From the IMG/VR virus record IMGVR_UViG_3300009551_000011: DNA of 64,000 nucleotides, one strand, 5' to 3'. Below are positions 56,292 through 64,000 of this stretch, piece by piece. The position numbers and the translations under genes were made by a program. A model generated the notes under the pieces. That model worked only from the letters and a program-made list of their open reading frames with translations. It was not told the DNA's origin and made no database searches. Source of the stretch: an uncultured virus (IMG/VR IMGVR_UViG_3300009551_000011). Lineage: Duplodnaviria; Heunggongvirae; Uroviricota; Caudoviricetes. Every line of letters starts with the position of its first letter. The stretch's first letter is position 1.

Positions 56292-57205
56292 GCACAATCG
56301 CAAATTCAGCTATCAAAAAAATGCAGGAAATTGGCAGTACGTTTATGCAGGAGCAAAGCCTAGATGATCTGCTCTATTACTCACGCATTGATATGGAGGA
56401 TACATCTTGGCGAAGCCTTATTTCCCGGCTTGGCCATCGGTTAATTACAGGCACTATTACGCCGGTAGTTTGGGATATGGAAATTTGGAAAGCGTCCCAA
56501 AACAATTACGAGTCGTTTCTTGGGCCTGAACCTCCTGTTCGGTCTTTCGAGAATTCAAACCAAGCCTTCGACATATTTAGCAAGAACCTGAAATCCCATG
56601 CCCACAACGACCCAGATATTCAATTGTGGTTGTTTTCCAGTGGTGACAGCCTTATCGATGCCACTGAAAGTGTTTGGACGAGTTTTGAATCAGAATCTTA
56701 TTTTCAGCAAAATCCAATCGACTCTTGTGAAGGGTTTGTTGTGTTCCCGAATAATCAGAACCTTTTGCTGCGAATTGTTTGGCAAACCATTATTGTTGAA
56801 AATGGTGGATTCCTCACGCGAACAATCAGTACGCCAAAGTACGCTGCCGATTGCCTCGGAGCGCGCGTTCAAGCGGGCCTTAAATACATGGCTCTCCCAT
56901 TTGTAGCTATGGAATGTCAGCGAGCCTCACATTCAACCCGCAAAGCATTCACGAGGATAAACCAGCAGTGCCCAGATATCCGAACGGTTACATTGCGAAG
57001 GCGGCAGACAAGTCTAAGGTCGGAAGAGACATCTGCCGGGTTTAAATATTCATGCCAGTGGCTAGTGGGCGGGCACTGGCGCAAACTGCATGAGCCTAGA
57101 AAGGCGGATGGCGCAGAAATAACATACGTGACACCGCACTTAAAAGGACCCGAAGGCAAGCCGTTTCGCGCTCCCAGGCAGACGGTTTATGCGGTGAACC
57201 GATGA
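56288..57205 (+). CDS. hypothetical protein with C-terminal V.GHWR...PH.KGP motif
   Basis: WLVGGHWRK..YVTPHLKGPEGKP; more AT-rich than its neighbours. Confidence 0.65.
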   Translation: MSTIANSAIKKMQEIGSTFMQEQSLDDLLYYSRIDMEDTSWRSLISRLGHRLITGTITPVVWDMEIWKASQNNYESFLGPEPPVRSFENSNQAFDIFSKNLKSHAHNDPDIQLWLFSSGDSLIDATESVWTSFESESYFQQNPIDSCEGFVVFPNNQNLLLRIVWQTIIVENGGFLTRTISTPKYAADCLGARVQAGLKYMALPFVAMECQRASHSTRKAFTRINQQCPDIRTVTLRRRQTSLRSEETSAGFKYSCQWLVGGHWRKLHEPRKADGAEITYVTPHLKGPEGKPFRAPRQTVYAVNR

Positions 57206-58692
57206 ATCAGCCAATCTGCCTAATAACCCCGCCCAGCCCGTTCCTTATGGATGAGCGCGTGTTTCTGTCCCTCGGCATCCTCCGCGTGGCCGCCGTGTTG
57301 GAGCAGGCAGGGCATACCGTAGAGATGATTGACCTCTCCGGGATTGAGAACTTCGAGCAGGCGGTCAATGCCCATGCTTCCCGCTCCTCCGCCTCTGTCT
57401 TCGGCCTAACAGCGACAACCCCGCAGATGCCCGCGACAACGCTGATTGTGCAGGCTATCCGATCCGTTCGGCCCGATGCACGCATCATCTTAGGCGGGCC
57501 GCACGTCACGCTGGTGAACGCGGCGAAGCGGAGGGAAGATAAGCGCGGAATCGTAGGCGGTCGCGCAGGCAAGGCGTTCTCGTCGCTTGAGACCATGTTT
57601 GATGTGTTGGTTGCTGGTGATGGTGAGGATGCGATATTTCACGCGCTTATGCCCGATGCGCCGAAGCTGATTGACGGGGATGACGCGGCGAGTCAGTTGT
57701 TCTTGACGAATGAGCGGTATGACAAACTGCCGCTGCCTGCGAGGCATTTGGTGGATGTGGACAGCTACCACTACAGCATTGACGGGGTGCCCGCGATCAG
57801 CCTTATTGCGCAGCTCGGTTGCCCTTATATGTGTTCTTTCTGCGGCGGCCGTAATAGCCCGATGCTGAGACGGATCCGAACGCGTACCACGGAGAGTGTA
57901 GTTGCCGAGATGCGGCACCTGTACGAAGCCCATGGGATGCGCGGCTTCATGATGTACGACGACGAGCTCAACGTAAACAAGCAGATCGTTGAACTGATGG
58001 ACGCGATTCATGCCCTTCAAGTGGAGTTAGGCGTAGAGTTCCGTCTCAGGGGTTTCATCAAGTCCAACCTATTCACAGATGCCCAGGCGGCGGCCATGTA
58101 CCGCGCTGGCTTCCGGTGGATTCTCGTCGGATTCGAATCAGGCTCGCCTCGCATCCTGGAGAACATCCAGAAGAAGGCGACACGCGAACAGAATACCGAG
58201 TGCATGGAGATTGCGCGGCGGCATGGGCTGAAGGTCAAAGCGTTGATGTCAGTCGGTCACGCTGGAGAGAGCGCCGAGACGATTCAGGATACGCAGGATT
58301 GGCTAATGGAGCAGAAGCCGGCCGATTTCGATTGCACGGTGATTTCGACGTATCCAGGGACCGCCTACTATGACGACGCAGAGGAAACCGAACTTGGGAT
58401 ATGGACGTACACCGCGCCGAAGTCAGGAGACCATCTCCATGCGGTGGAGATCGACTTCAATACGACCGCTGAGTATTACAAGGGCGTGCCGGGTGAATAC
58501 ACATCCTACGTCTACACCGATTATCTGAGCGCTGAGGAGATCGTCGCGCGGCGGGATAGGTTGGAAAACGATGTCCGCGCGGCCCTGAACATTCCCTTCA
58601 ATGCGGGTGCGCCAGGTCTTCGGTATGAAGCGAGCATGGGGCAGTTGCCGGGGCACATTCTGAGAACGAGTAACGAGTTGGTAGCTGCTTAG
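57202..58692 (+). CDS. cobalamin-binding radical SAM protein
   Basis: LGILRVAAVL, IILGGPH and GDGE (B12 domain); CPYMCSFC; YDDE; GFESGS. Confidence 0.92.
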   Translation: MNQPICLITPPSPFLMDERVFLSLGILRVAAVLEQAGHTVEMIDLSGIENFEQAVNAHASRSSASVFGLTATTPQMPATTLIVQAIRSVRPDARIILGGPHVTLVNAAKRREDKRGIVGGRAGKAFSSLETMFDVLVAGDGEDAIFHALMPDAPKLIDGDDAASQLFLTNERYDKLPLPARHLVDVDSYHYSIDGVPAISLIAQLGCPYMCSFCGGRNSPMLRRIRTRTTESVVAEMRHLYEAHGMRGFMMYDDELNVNKQIVELMDAIHALQVELGVEFRLRGFIKSNLFTDAQAAAMYRAGFRWILVGFESGSPRILENIQKKATREQNTECMEIARRHGLKVKALMSVGHAGESAETIQDTQDWLMEQKPADFDCTVISTYPGTAYYDDAEETELGIWTYTAPKSGDHLHAVEIDFNTTAEYYKGVPGEYTSYVYTDYLSAEEIVARRDRLENDVRAALNIPFNAGAPGLRYEASMGQLPGHILRTSNELVAA

Positions 58693-58702
58693 GTGGTAAG
58701 TT

Positions 58703-58912
58703 GTGGAAATGGTTCCTCACAGCGACATAGCCATACGGTCAAACAAATCGGAATTCCGTATTCCAATGATCGTGTTTATGCGGCTGGATGAAGAGACGTT
58801 GAACGATTTTTGGGCTAAGGTGTTCGCCGAAGCAAAGCGCGAAGGATACCAGACGGTACATCGTACGAGGGATGTTGCGGCCATGGAGTACGTTTTCACG
58901 TTCGTGCGGTAA
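58703..58912 (+). CDS. hypothetical protein
   Basis: ORF in operon. Confidence 0.45.
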   Translation: MEMVPHSDIAIRSNKSEFRIPMIVFMRLDEETLNDFWAKVFAEAKREGYQTVHRTRDVAAMEYVFTFVR

Positions 58913-58924
58913 GTTGTGGATTCA

Positions 58925-58940
58925 ACCGTTGGGAGGCGGT
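58925..58940 (+). repeat. ACCGTTGGGAGGCGGT hairpin repeat, copy 2
   Basis: exact copy, 5 nt before the ATG at 58946. Confidence 0.85.
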
Positions 58941-58945
58941 GAGGT

Positions 58946-59632
58946 ATGCCAATTAACACAAGGGAACATTTCGGGGAAGACCCAATCGGTTATGCGATGT
59001 CGCCCGAGTTCAGCAGACTCGTTCTTGAAAAGGTCCGTTTCGGCGTCAAGGCCTACATGTCACCTGCTATGCTTTCCGAACTGAGGATGAACCCAGACTA
59101 CTACGCGCAGCAGATGGCTGGTCAAATCGCTTATCAGGTCGAGGGCATGGTCTTCGGACGCGAGGCGCGAGAGCGCACCATAGACCGGCGAACAGTCAAA
59201 GAAAAGGAAGAGGTAAAAGAACCGGTCATCAAGACGGCCGAGCGGCAGCGGTCGTTTAACAAGACATGGCAAGACCACCTGAAAGACACGCTCGTAAGTT
59301 GGGCGGCCAAGCGTTCTGTCAAAGCCGAAGAGAACGCAATAGAGGGACATCCAGACGAGGATGATCCTGACTATTACCGATGGCGTCCGCGCCTTGGGCT
59401 GCGATTGCGACAGTGGTATTGGCAGAAGGTCTTCGATTTGACTTCAAAGATGACCGGCGACATCCAAAAGGAGATCGTGGAGATTGCCGTAACAAATGTA
59501 ACGAACATTCGGATCACACCGATCACGAAGCATATAGAGGTCCACAAACATTGGCACACCTGCCCGCATCTGGACATCGTAGCGCGTGATGCACATCTGG
59601 AGTTTCTGGCGGATGCCGGGCGGTTTGAATGA
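58946..59632 (+). CDS. hypothetical protein
   Basis: ORF with RBS; coupled to the next gene. Confidence 0.6.
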   Translation: MPINTREHFGEDPIGYAMSPEFSRLVLEKVRFGVKAYMSPAMLSELRMNPDYYAQQMAGQIAYQVEGMVFGREARERTIDRRTVKEKEEVKEPVIKTAERQRSFNKTWQDHLKDTLVSWAAKRSVKAEENAIEGHPDEDDPDYYRWRPRLGLRLRQWYWQKVFDLTSKMTGDIQKEIVEIAVTNVTNIRITPITKHIEVHKHWHTCPHLDIVARDAHLEFLADAGRFE

Positions 59633-60630
59633 AGATCGCCTTCTTCACCTCCAACAAAGGCGGATCGCCACTAATCGGCGGGCTTGAACGCGGCATGATG
59701 TCGTTGGGGCATCAGGTCCACGTCTACCGCCCAGGCGAGGGCTATGACCTAATCGTGATTTGCAATCAAGTGGCGCACGATGCCGACTACGTTTACCCGG
59801 AGTTTCCGCTGGGCAACACGCCGATTGCCTTCCTGGATAGCGCGGAGTTTGGCTATCACACCCGTCTGCCCGACCGTAGGCACCTGTACGCCAATACCTT
59901 CACCGAAGCGGCGATGGCCCACGACACGAAGAACCGAGGGCAGCAGGAGAGGTTGAGGCGGTTTCTGGAAGGCAGATCATTCCCCTACTTCCTCCGGGAG
60001 TACATGAAGGGGATCGACTACCCCGAGAGCTATCACCCGATTGACTACCCGCTCTACCATTTGAGCGAATGCCCGAAGGCTCCAAATCGAAATGAGTACT
60101 TGAGCCGTGACCTTGACCTGTTCCTGGCATGGGGGCACTCTCATCCGTGGAGGCCGCTGATTGAGCAGGAACTTCGCAACTGTCATACCAAGTGCGAGAT
60201 CTTCAAGCGGGATATGGGCGCGGGCGTGAACATGCCACAAGATGAGTATTTCCGAAGGCAGGAGGCGGCAAAGGTCGGCGTCAGCTTTGATGGGTACGGC
60301 AGTGGCTCGTTTCGCATGACCGAGGTGCTTGTGAGGAGTTGCTTGCTTATGGGGCCGTTGGGGATTGTGACGCGGGCGCCGCTTAAGCAAGGTGTAACAT
60401 GCCTTGGATATGGCGTTCGGAATGAGGGAGAGCAATTCATCTGTTCAAGTATTGCCACAGCCTTAGAATGTGCACTGCGAGACCGTGAGGGCGCATTTGA
60501 GATATACGAAGCTGGTTACCACCACTGCATGACCCACCTTACCGAGAGAGCGACTGCGCAGTACGTGATCGAGACCGTGGAGCGGCACGATTGGGGCAAG
60601 GCGACGGAGTTAACCATATGTCAGCAGTAA
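59629..60630 (+). CDS. putative GT-B glycosyltransferase
   Basis: MKIAFF start; LGHQV; EYF....AKVGVSFDGYG..SFRMTE C-terminal pattern. Confidence 0.65.
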   Translation: MKIAFFTSNKGGSPLIGGLERGMMSLGHQVHVYRPGEGYDLIVICNQVAHDADYVYPEFPLGNTPIAFLDSAEFGYHTRLPDRRHLYANTFTEAAMAHDTKNRGQQERLRRFLEGRSFPYFLREYMKGIDYPESYHPIDYPLYHLSECPKAPNRNEYLSRDLDLFLAWGHSHPWRPLIEQELRNCHTKCEIFKRDMGAGVNMPQDEYFRRQEAAKVGVSFDGYGSGSFRMTEVLVRSCLLMGPLGIVTRAPLKQGVTCLGYGVRNEGEQFICSSIATALECALRDREGAFEIYEAGYHHCMTHLTERATAQYVIETVERHDWGKATELTICQQ

Positions 60631-60977
60631 CGTTTGGCAGTACGGATATAGACGGGCACTTGTGCAACGTTCAGCAAATAGGCAAAAGCCCTAATCCTGA
60701 TGCGTGGATCGTCTACTTCTTCGACAAAGGGTTTCGGATCTTCGTTAACGTGTGCCCTGAGCCGCAAGAAAGTGAAGAGGGCGCGATTGAGATGGCCAAG
60801 ACGATTCTCGCCGATGCTGGACGCTATGCCCGATGCGTTGTCGCCATGTCGAACGAGTATTTTCAGGAGCGGTACAACGGACTTCCCGCTCAGGTTGACC
60901 AGCTGGATTCCAACATAAGGCATTTAAGGCGTAGAATCGCCCGTGTTGATGGCGGATCGGAAGAGTTCGATGCATAA
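60618..60977 (+). CDS. hypothetical protein
   Basis: GGAG RBS. Confidence 0.5.
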   Translation: MSAVTFGSTDIDGHLCNVQQIGKSPNPDAWIVYFFDKGFRIFVNVCPEPQESEEGAIEMAKTILADAGRYARCVVAMSNEYFQERYNGLPAQVDQLDSNIRHLRRRIARVDGGSEEFDA

Positions 60978-61668
60978 ACACTACCTCCGCCCTTCCTTTC
61001 ACCCTGACTACGAAGAGTGCGAAGACTGCGGCACGCTCATCAACCAGAAGCCCTTCGACCATGCGGCAGTCTACGGCGGTGACTACTGGAATCAGCCGGG
61101 GCGGTCTACGCTGGCCGAGCAGGTTTACAATGTTGCGACCTACGAGAACCCCGAGGGTGTGACGAAGATTCAGGCGGTCCTTGAACACTGCCCTGTTGGG
61201 GTAGCCGTTCTCGAAATTGCATGCGCTCCCGGTAGCCTAATGGAGCAACTGCATCGTAATTTCGACGAAATTCTTGGAATAGAGGTCGATGAGAGGTACC
61301 GTCAACAGATTCAAAAGATTGGAGGTCCGCGCTCCTATGTCTTTACGGGATATTTCCCCGAACTTACCAAATGCTGGCGAAGTGGTACTTATGACTGCAT
61401 CATCGGCATGGACATCCTTGAACACGCAGAGGACGGCGAAGCGTTCATGACCGAGGTTCACCGCCTACTCAAACCGGGCGGCGCTGGAATCTTCATGCTG
61501 CCAATGCTGATGGACGACGGGCAGCCGATTCCTGATGGGATGTTCTGTGACGAGCATCGGGCCATCTACACGCAGCGGTACGTCAAAGAGTGGATGGGCG
61601 AGATGTTCGGAGAAGTGAAGTTTGACCGGTGGGTTGCTGGTCATGAGATTGTAGTGGTGAAGAAATGA
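60970..61668 (+). CDS. class I SAM methyltransferase with N-terminal CxxC
   Basis: CEDCG, VLEIACAPG, DILEH and RLLKPGG motifs. Confidence 0.85.
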   Translation: MHKHYLRPSFHPDYEECEDCGTLINQKPFDHAAVYGGDYWNQPGRSTLAEQVYNVATYENPEGVTKIQAVLEHCPVGVAVLEIACAPGSLMEQLHRNFDEILGIEVDERYRQQIQKIGGPRSYVFTGYFPELTKCWRSGTYDCIIGMDILEHAEDGEAFMTEVHRLLKPGGAGIFMLPMLMDDGQPIPDGMFCDEHRAIYTQRYVKEWMGEMFGEVKFDRWVAGHEIVVVKK

Positions 61669-61868
61669 AGGCCTACGAGTGGGAAGACGACTTTGGCGAA
61701 AGTCATATCGTTGTAGTTGCAGAATCATTGGAGAAGGCGCGAGAACTGGCACAAGAAGAAGTCACCCGAATGTACGGAGATCCACCGGGGTCTTTCCATC
61801 GCGCACTACTGAATGAGCCTACTCAAAGTGACTTGCCTTTTGTTGTGACGTACTATACAGGTGAATAG
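61665..61868 (+). CDS. hypothetical protein
   Basis: VVAESLEKARELA motif; coupled ORF. Confidence 0.55.
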   Translation: MKAYEWEDDFGESHIVVVAESLEKARELAQEEVTRMYGDPPGSFHRALLNEPTQSDLPFVVTYYTGE

Positions 61869-61869
61869 G

Positions 61870-61885
61870 ACCGTTGGGAGGCGGG
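61870..61885 (+). repeat. hairpin repeat, copy 3 (ACCGTTGGGAGGCGGG)
   Basis: 15/16 match, just before the ATG at 61888. Confidence 0.85.
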
Positions 61886-61887
61886 GC

Positions 61888-62178
61888 ATGACGAAAGGTA
61901 AATACCGCAAGGAACTAGCAAATGTCCATAGGTGGGTAAGACAAAAAGGGTGGACTGAGGGGTTTTCGTCAGTAACGCTCCTTGAGCGCCTTGACTATCT
62001 GGTTGAGCAAGAGGCGAAAAAGAAGGCAAAAGTCCTAACCGAAGACCTTACCAAGAAGAACGATGAACTTCAGTTTGCGGTATGGGCGATGGCGCATTCG
62101 GTAGGCCTCACGCCGCAGGACTTCACACTTGAGAAACTGCAAGCCAGAGTCAGAGATTTGGCTGATAACAGCAAGTAG
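61888..62178 (+). CDS. hypothetical protein
   Basis: RBS lies within the repeat. Confidence 0.55.
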   Translation: MTKGKYRKELANVHRWVRQKGWTEGFSSVTLLERLDYLVEQEAKKKAKVLTEDLTKKNDELQFAVWAMAHSVGLTPQDFTLEKLQARVRDLADNSK

Positions 62179-62182
62179 GCAC

Positions 62183-62198
62183 ACCGTTGGGAGGCGGT
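62183..62198 (+). repeat. ACCGTTGGGAGGCGGT hairpin repeat, copy 4
   Basis: exact copy, 20 nt before the portal ATG. Confidence 0.85.
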
Positions 62199-62218
62199 AA
62201 CCAAAGGACTCCCTAACC

Positions 62219-63625
62219 ATGAAAATACTAGACCGTCTGAAATCAGCGTTGAAGTCCTTCAACTGGGCAGCGTCCGACCTGCCGGGGAATGTTTCCTCGT
62301 CTGGCGCGGCAGCTCGGTCTTTCTTCATCCCAGGCACCCGAATCAATTGGGATTTGATGACCGGCGAATTGTTGACATGCCCTGCGGTTCAAGCATGCTT
62401 CAATACCCTATTCCGGAACCTGCCGCAGTCGCCGCCCTACGTCCGCGAGAAGAACGCCGCGGGTGACTGGGAGGCGGTAGTCGGTCACCCTCTCACGTAT
62501 CTGCTAAACCGTCCGAATCCTCGCTACGATGGCGGCACGCTGCGCAACATGATCGCCTATTCGCTCTACACGAACGGGAACGCGTACGTCGTGATAGAGC
62601 GCACCAAGGGCAAGGAGCCTGCCGAGCTCTGGTATGTCCCACACGACCGAATTGAACTGCCGCCAAACACCGGCGAGATCATCACGACCTACATCATGAC
62701 CGACATGCGAGGCGTAAAGCATTACGTTCCTGCCGAGGACATGTGGCACATCAAGTTTGCACTGAATCCGAGGGATCCGCGATTCGGGCTGGCTCCGCTC
62801 ATGTCGTCCAAGCGCCCAACCTACTCACTCCAACTGTCGTCCAACTACCGCGCCAACATCATGCGGAACTTTGGAGTCGCCGGGAAGATCATCAGCGCAA
62901 AGGAAGGGGCTACGGACCAACTCGAATTCGACCCGAAGGAGCTGAAGGACCGAATCGACGATCAGTCCAAGGGTGACAACGTAGGGTCTACGGTCGTTAC
63001 AGAGATGCCGATTGATGTCCATTATCCGGCTGTCACCCCGAAGGACATGGCGTCAGACACCTTCGAGGATAGAGACGAGGCCTTGATCTGCGCGTTGTTC
63101 GGTGTACCGCCGCAAGTTGCGCTGCTGCTCGTTGGCCGCCTCATGAAGACCGACGCCAACTGGAAAGAGGCACGGGAACAGTTCTGGGAAGACTGCATCA
63201 TGCCTTTGAACTCACTCAATGGCACGCAGGCTACGCAGCGCCTTCTGCCGGAGTTCGAGCCGAACAAGGCGGTTCTTGACCGAATGGAAGTAGCGTTCGA
63301 CTACTCCGAGGTTCGGGCTCTGCAGCCAGACTTAGACAACCTGCACAATCGCGCTCGAGATGATTGGCTCGCCAACCTCATCAGCAAGGCCGAATGGAAG
63401 ATGGCGACGGGCGGCAAACCAGAACCGGGTGACGAGAATATCTATTACCGCGACATGAGCGCGCCGCCTGCCATAAGTGGAGATGGGCAGCCGTTAACTC
63501 CATTGCCGGGGAAGATGGTTGATCTCAAGATGAAATACCCGAACGTCTTTGCTCGGATTGAGGCGGAGATTGAGCGTCTGGACGTTGAGAATGAACCTGC
63601 ACCTGTGCTGAATGGAACGCACTGA
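62219..63625 (+). CDS. portal protein (HK97 family)
   Basis: HPL..LL.RPNP, GNAYV, GLAPL and ICALFGVPP motifs. Confidence 0.93.
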   Translation: MKILDRLKSALKSFNWAASDLPGNVSSSGAAARSFFIPGTRINWDLMTGELLTCPAVQACFNTLFRNLPQSPPYVREKNAAGDWEAVVGHPLTYLLNRPNPRYDGGTLRNMIAYSLYTNGNAYVVIERTKGKEPAELWYVPHDRIELPPNTGEIITTYIMTDMRGVKHYVPAEDMWHIKFALNPRDPRFGLAPLMSSKRPTYSLQLSSNYRANIMRNFGVAGKIISAKEGATDQLEFDPKELKDRIDDQSKGDNVGSTVVTEMPIDVHYPAVTPKDMASDTFEDRDEALICALFGVPPQVALLLVGRLMKTDANWKEAREQFWEDCIMPLNSLNGTQATQRLLPEFEPNKAVLDRMEVAFDYSEVRALQPDLDNLHNRARDDWLANLISKAEWKMATGGKPEPGDENIYYRDMSAPPAISGDGQPLTPLPGKMVDLKMKYPNVFARIEAEIERLDVENEPAPVLNGTH

Positions 63626-63831
63626 TGGAAGTCTATCCAATCGGCGCGGAAGTGACGCTTGCCCGCGACCCCAATTTCAAGGGAGTGGTTATCGGAATTT
63701 GCATCCGTGGCACAGGTGTGACCTACGATGTGGTTTGGTGGGATAACAGCACGCGATACCAAAGTTGGCTTGAGGAGATCGAAATCAACCATACAGGCAA
63801 GCGTGTAATGATAGGACTGAAGGTTAGCTGA
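63625..63831 (+). CDS. hypothetical protein
   Basis: TGATG coupling at both ends. Confidence 0.55.
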   Translation: MEVYPIGAEVTLARDPNFKGVVIGICIRGTGVTYDVVWWDNSTRYQSWLEEIEINHTGKRVMIGLKVS

Positions 63832-64000
63832 TGGGAACAACACCGCCGCCGATGGCGCGGTTGCCTCGCCCGTGGTCATTTCATCCGACATCGTATTTTG
63901 GGATGTCGGAACAAGGGCATAAGGCGCAGATTAGAAACGCAGCCGAGCGCAACCTCAGACAACTTGACGACAAAGCACTGTTGGCCTTCTGGCATTCCGA
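63831..64000 (+). CDS. partial ORF running off the window (possibly head morphogenesis)
   Basis: coupled ATG, open to the window end; product inferred from synteny only. Confidence 0.3.
   Translation, partial: MGTTPPPMARLPRPWSFHPTSYFGMSEQGHKAQIRNAAERNLRQLDDKALLAFWHS

Noticed and set aside
52972..62198. CRISPR array or integron attC sites made of the 16-nt repeats
   Set aside because: The repeats are too short, spaced by 0.3-6 kb of genes, lack attC R-box ends, and no cas genes or integron integrase are present
62466..62480. Extra copy of the hairpin repeat (CTGGGAGGCGGT) inside the portal gene
   Set aside because: It lies in coding sequence (DWEAV) and lacks the complementary ACCGTT arm; probably chance
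1..64000. Genome-wide stop-codon reassignment
   Set aside because: Core genes are intact in the standard code and TAG, TGA and TAA all terminate genes normally; only one isolated internal TAG was seen

Overview
The window looks like almost the whole genome of a temperate, long-tailed (siphovirus-like) phage in excised, circularly permuted form. It starts just before the prohead protease and ends just after the portal, and an attP-like 3' half of tRNA-Ala(CGC) lies beside the integrase with phage genes on both sides. Gene order: head and tail morphogenesis (0.4-16.9 kb); lysis and a second structural/carbohydrate-binding module (17-23.7 kb); accessory genes (SSB-like, HicA, membrane proteins, a candidate ncRNA); integrase/attP/ImmA/repressor/Cro (27.4-31.6 kb); early recombination and DNA-metabolism genes (32-50.9 kb); terminase; a ~9 kb block of glycosyl-/methyltransferases plus a B12 radical SAM gene; portal. 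Most notable: (1) a putative virion glycosylation and glycan-methylation pathway embedded in the late operons; (2) a ~325-nt non-coding transcription unit with its own promoter and terminator, several pseudoknot-type pairings and an embedded tRNA-like domain; (3) an apparent RNA-level late regulon, made of three promoter-leader-terminator modules, a repeated ACCGTTGGGAGGCGGT hairpin and a Com-like Zn-ribbon protein; (4) no recognisable initiator, primase or polymerase, but a DnaB-N-only protein followed by a large structured non-coding region. All protein calls come from motifs recognised by eye and all RNA pairings were folded by hand. No database search or folding program was run.
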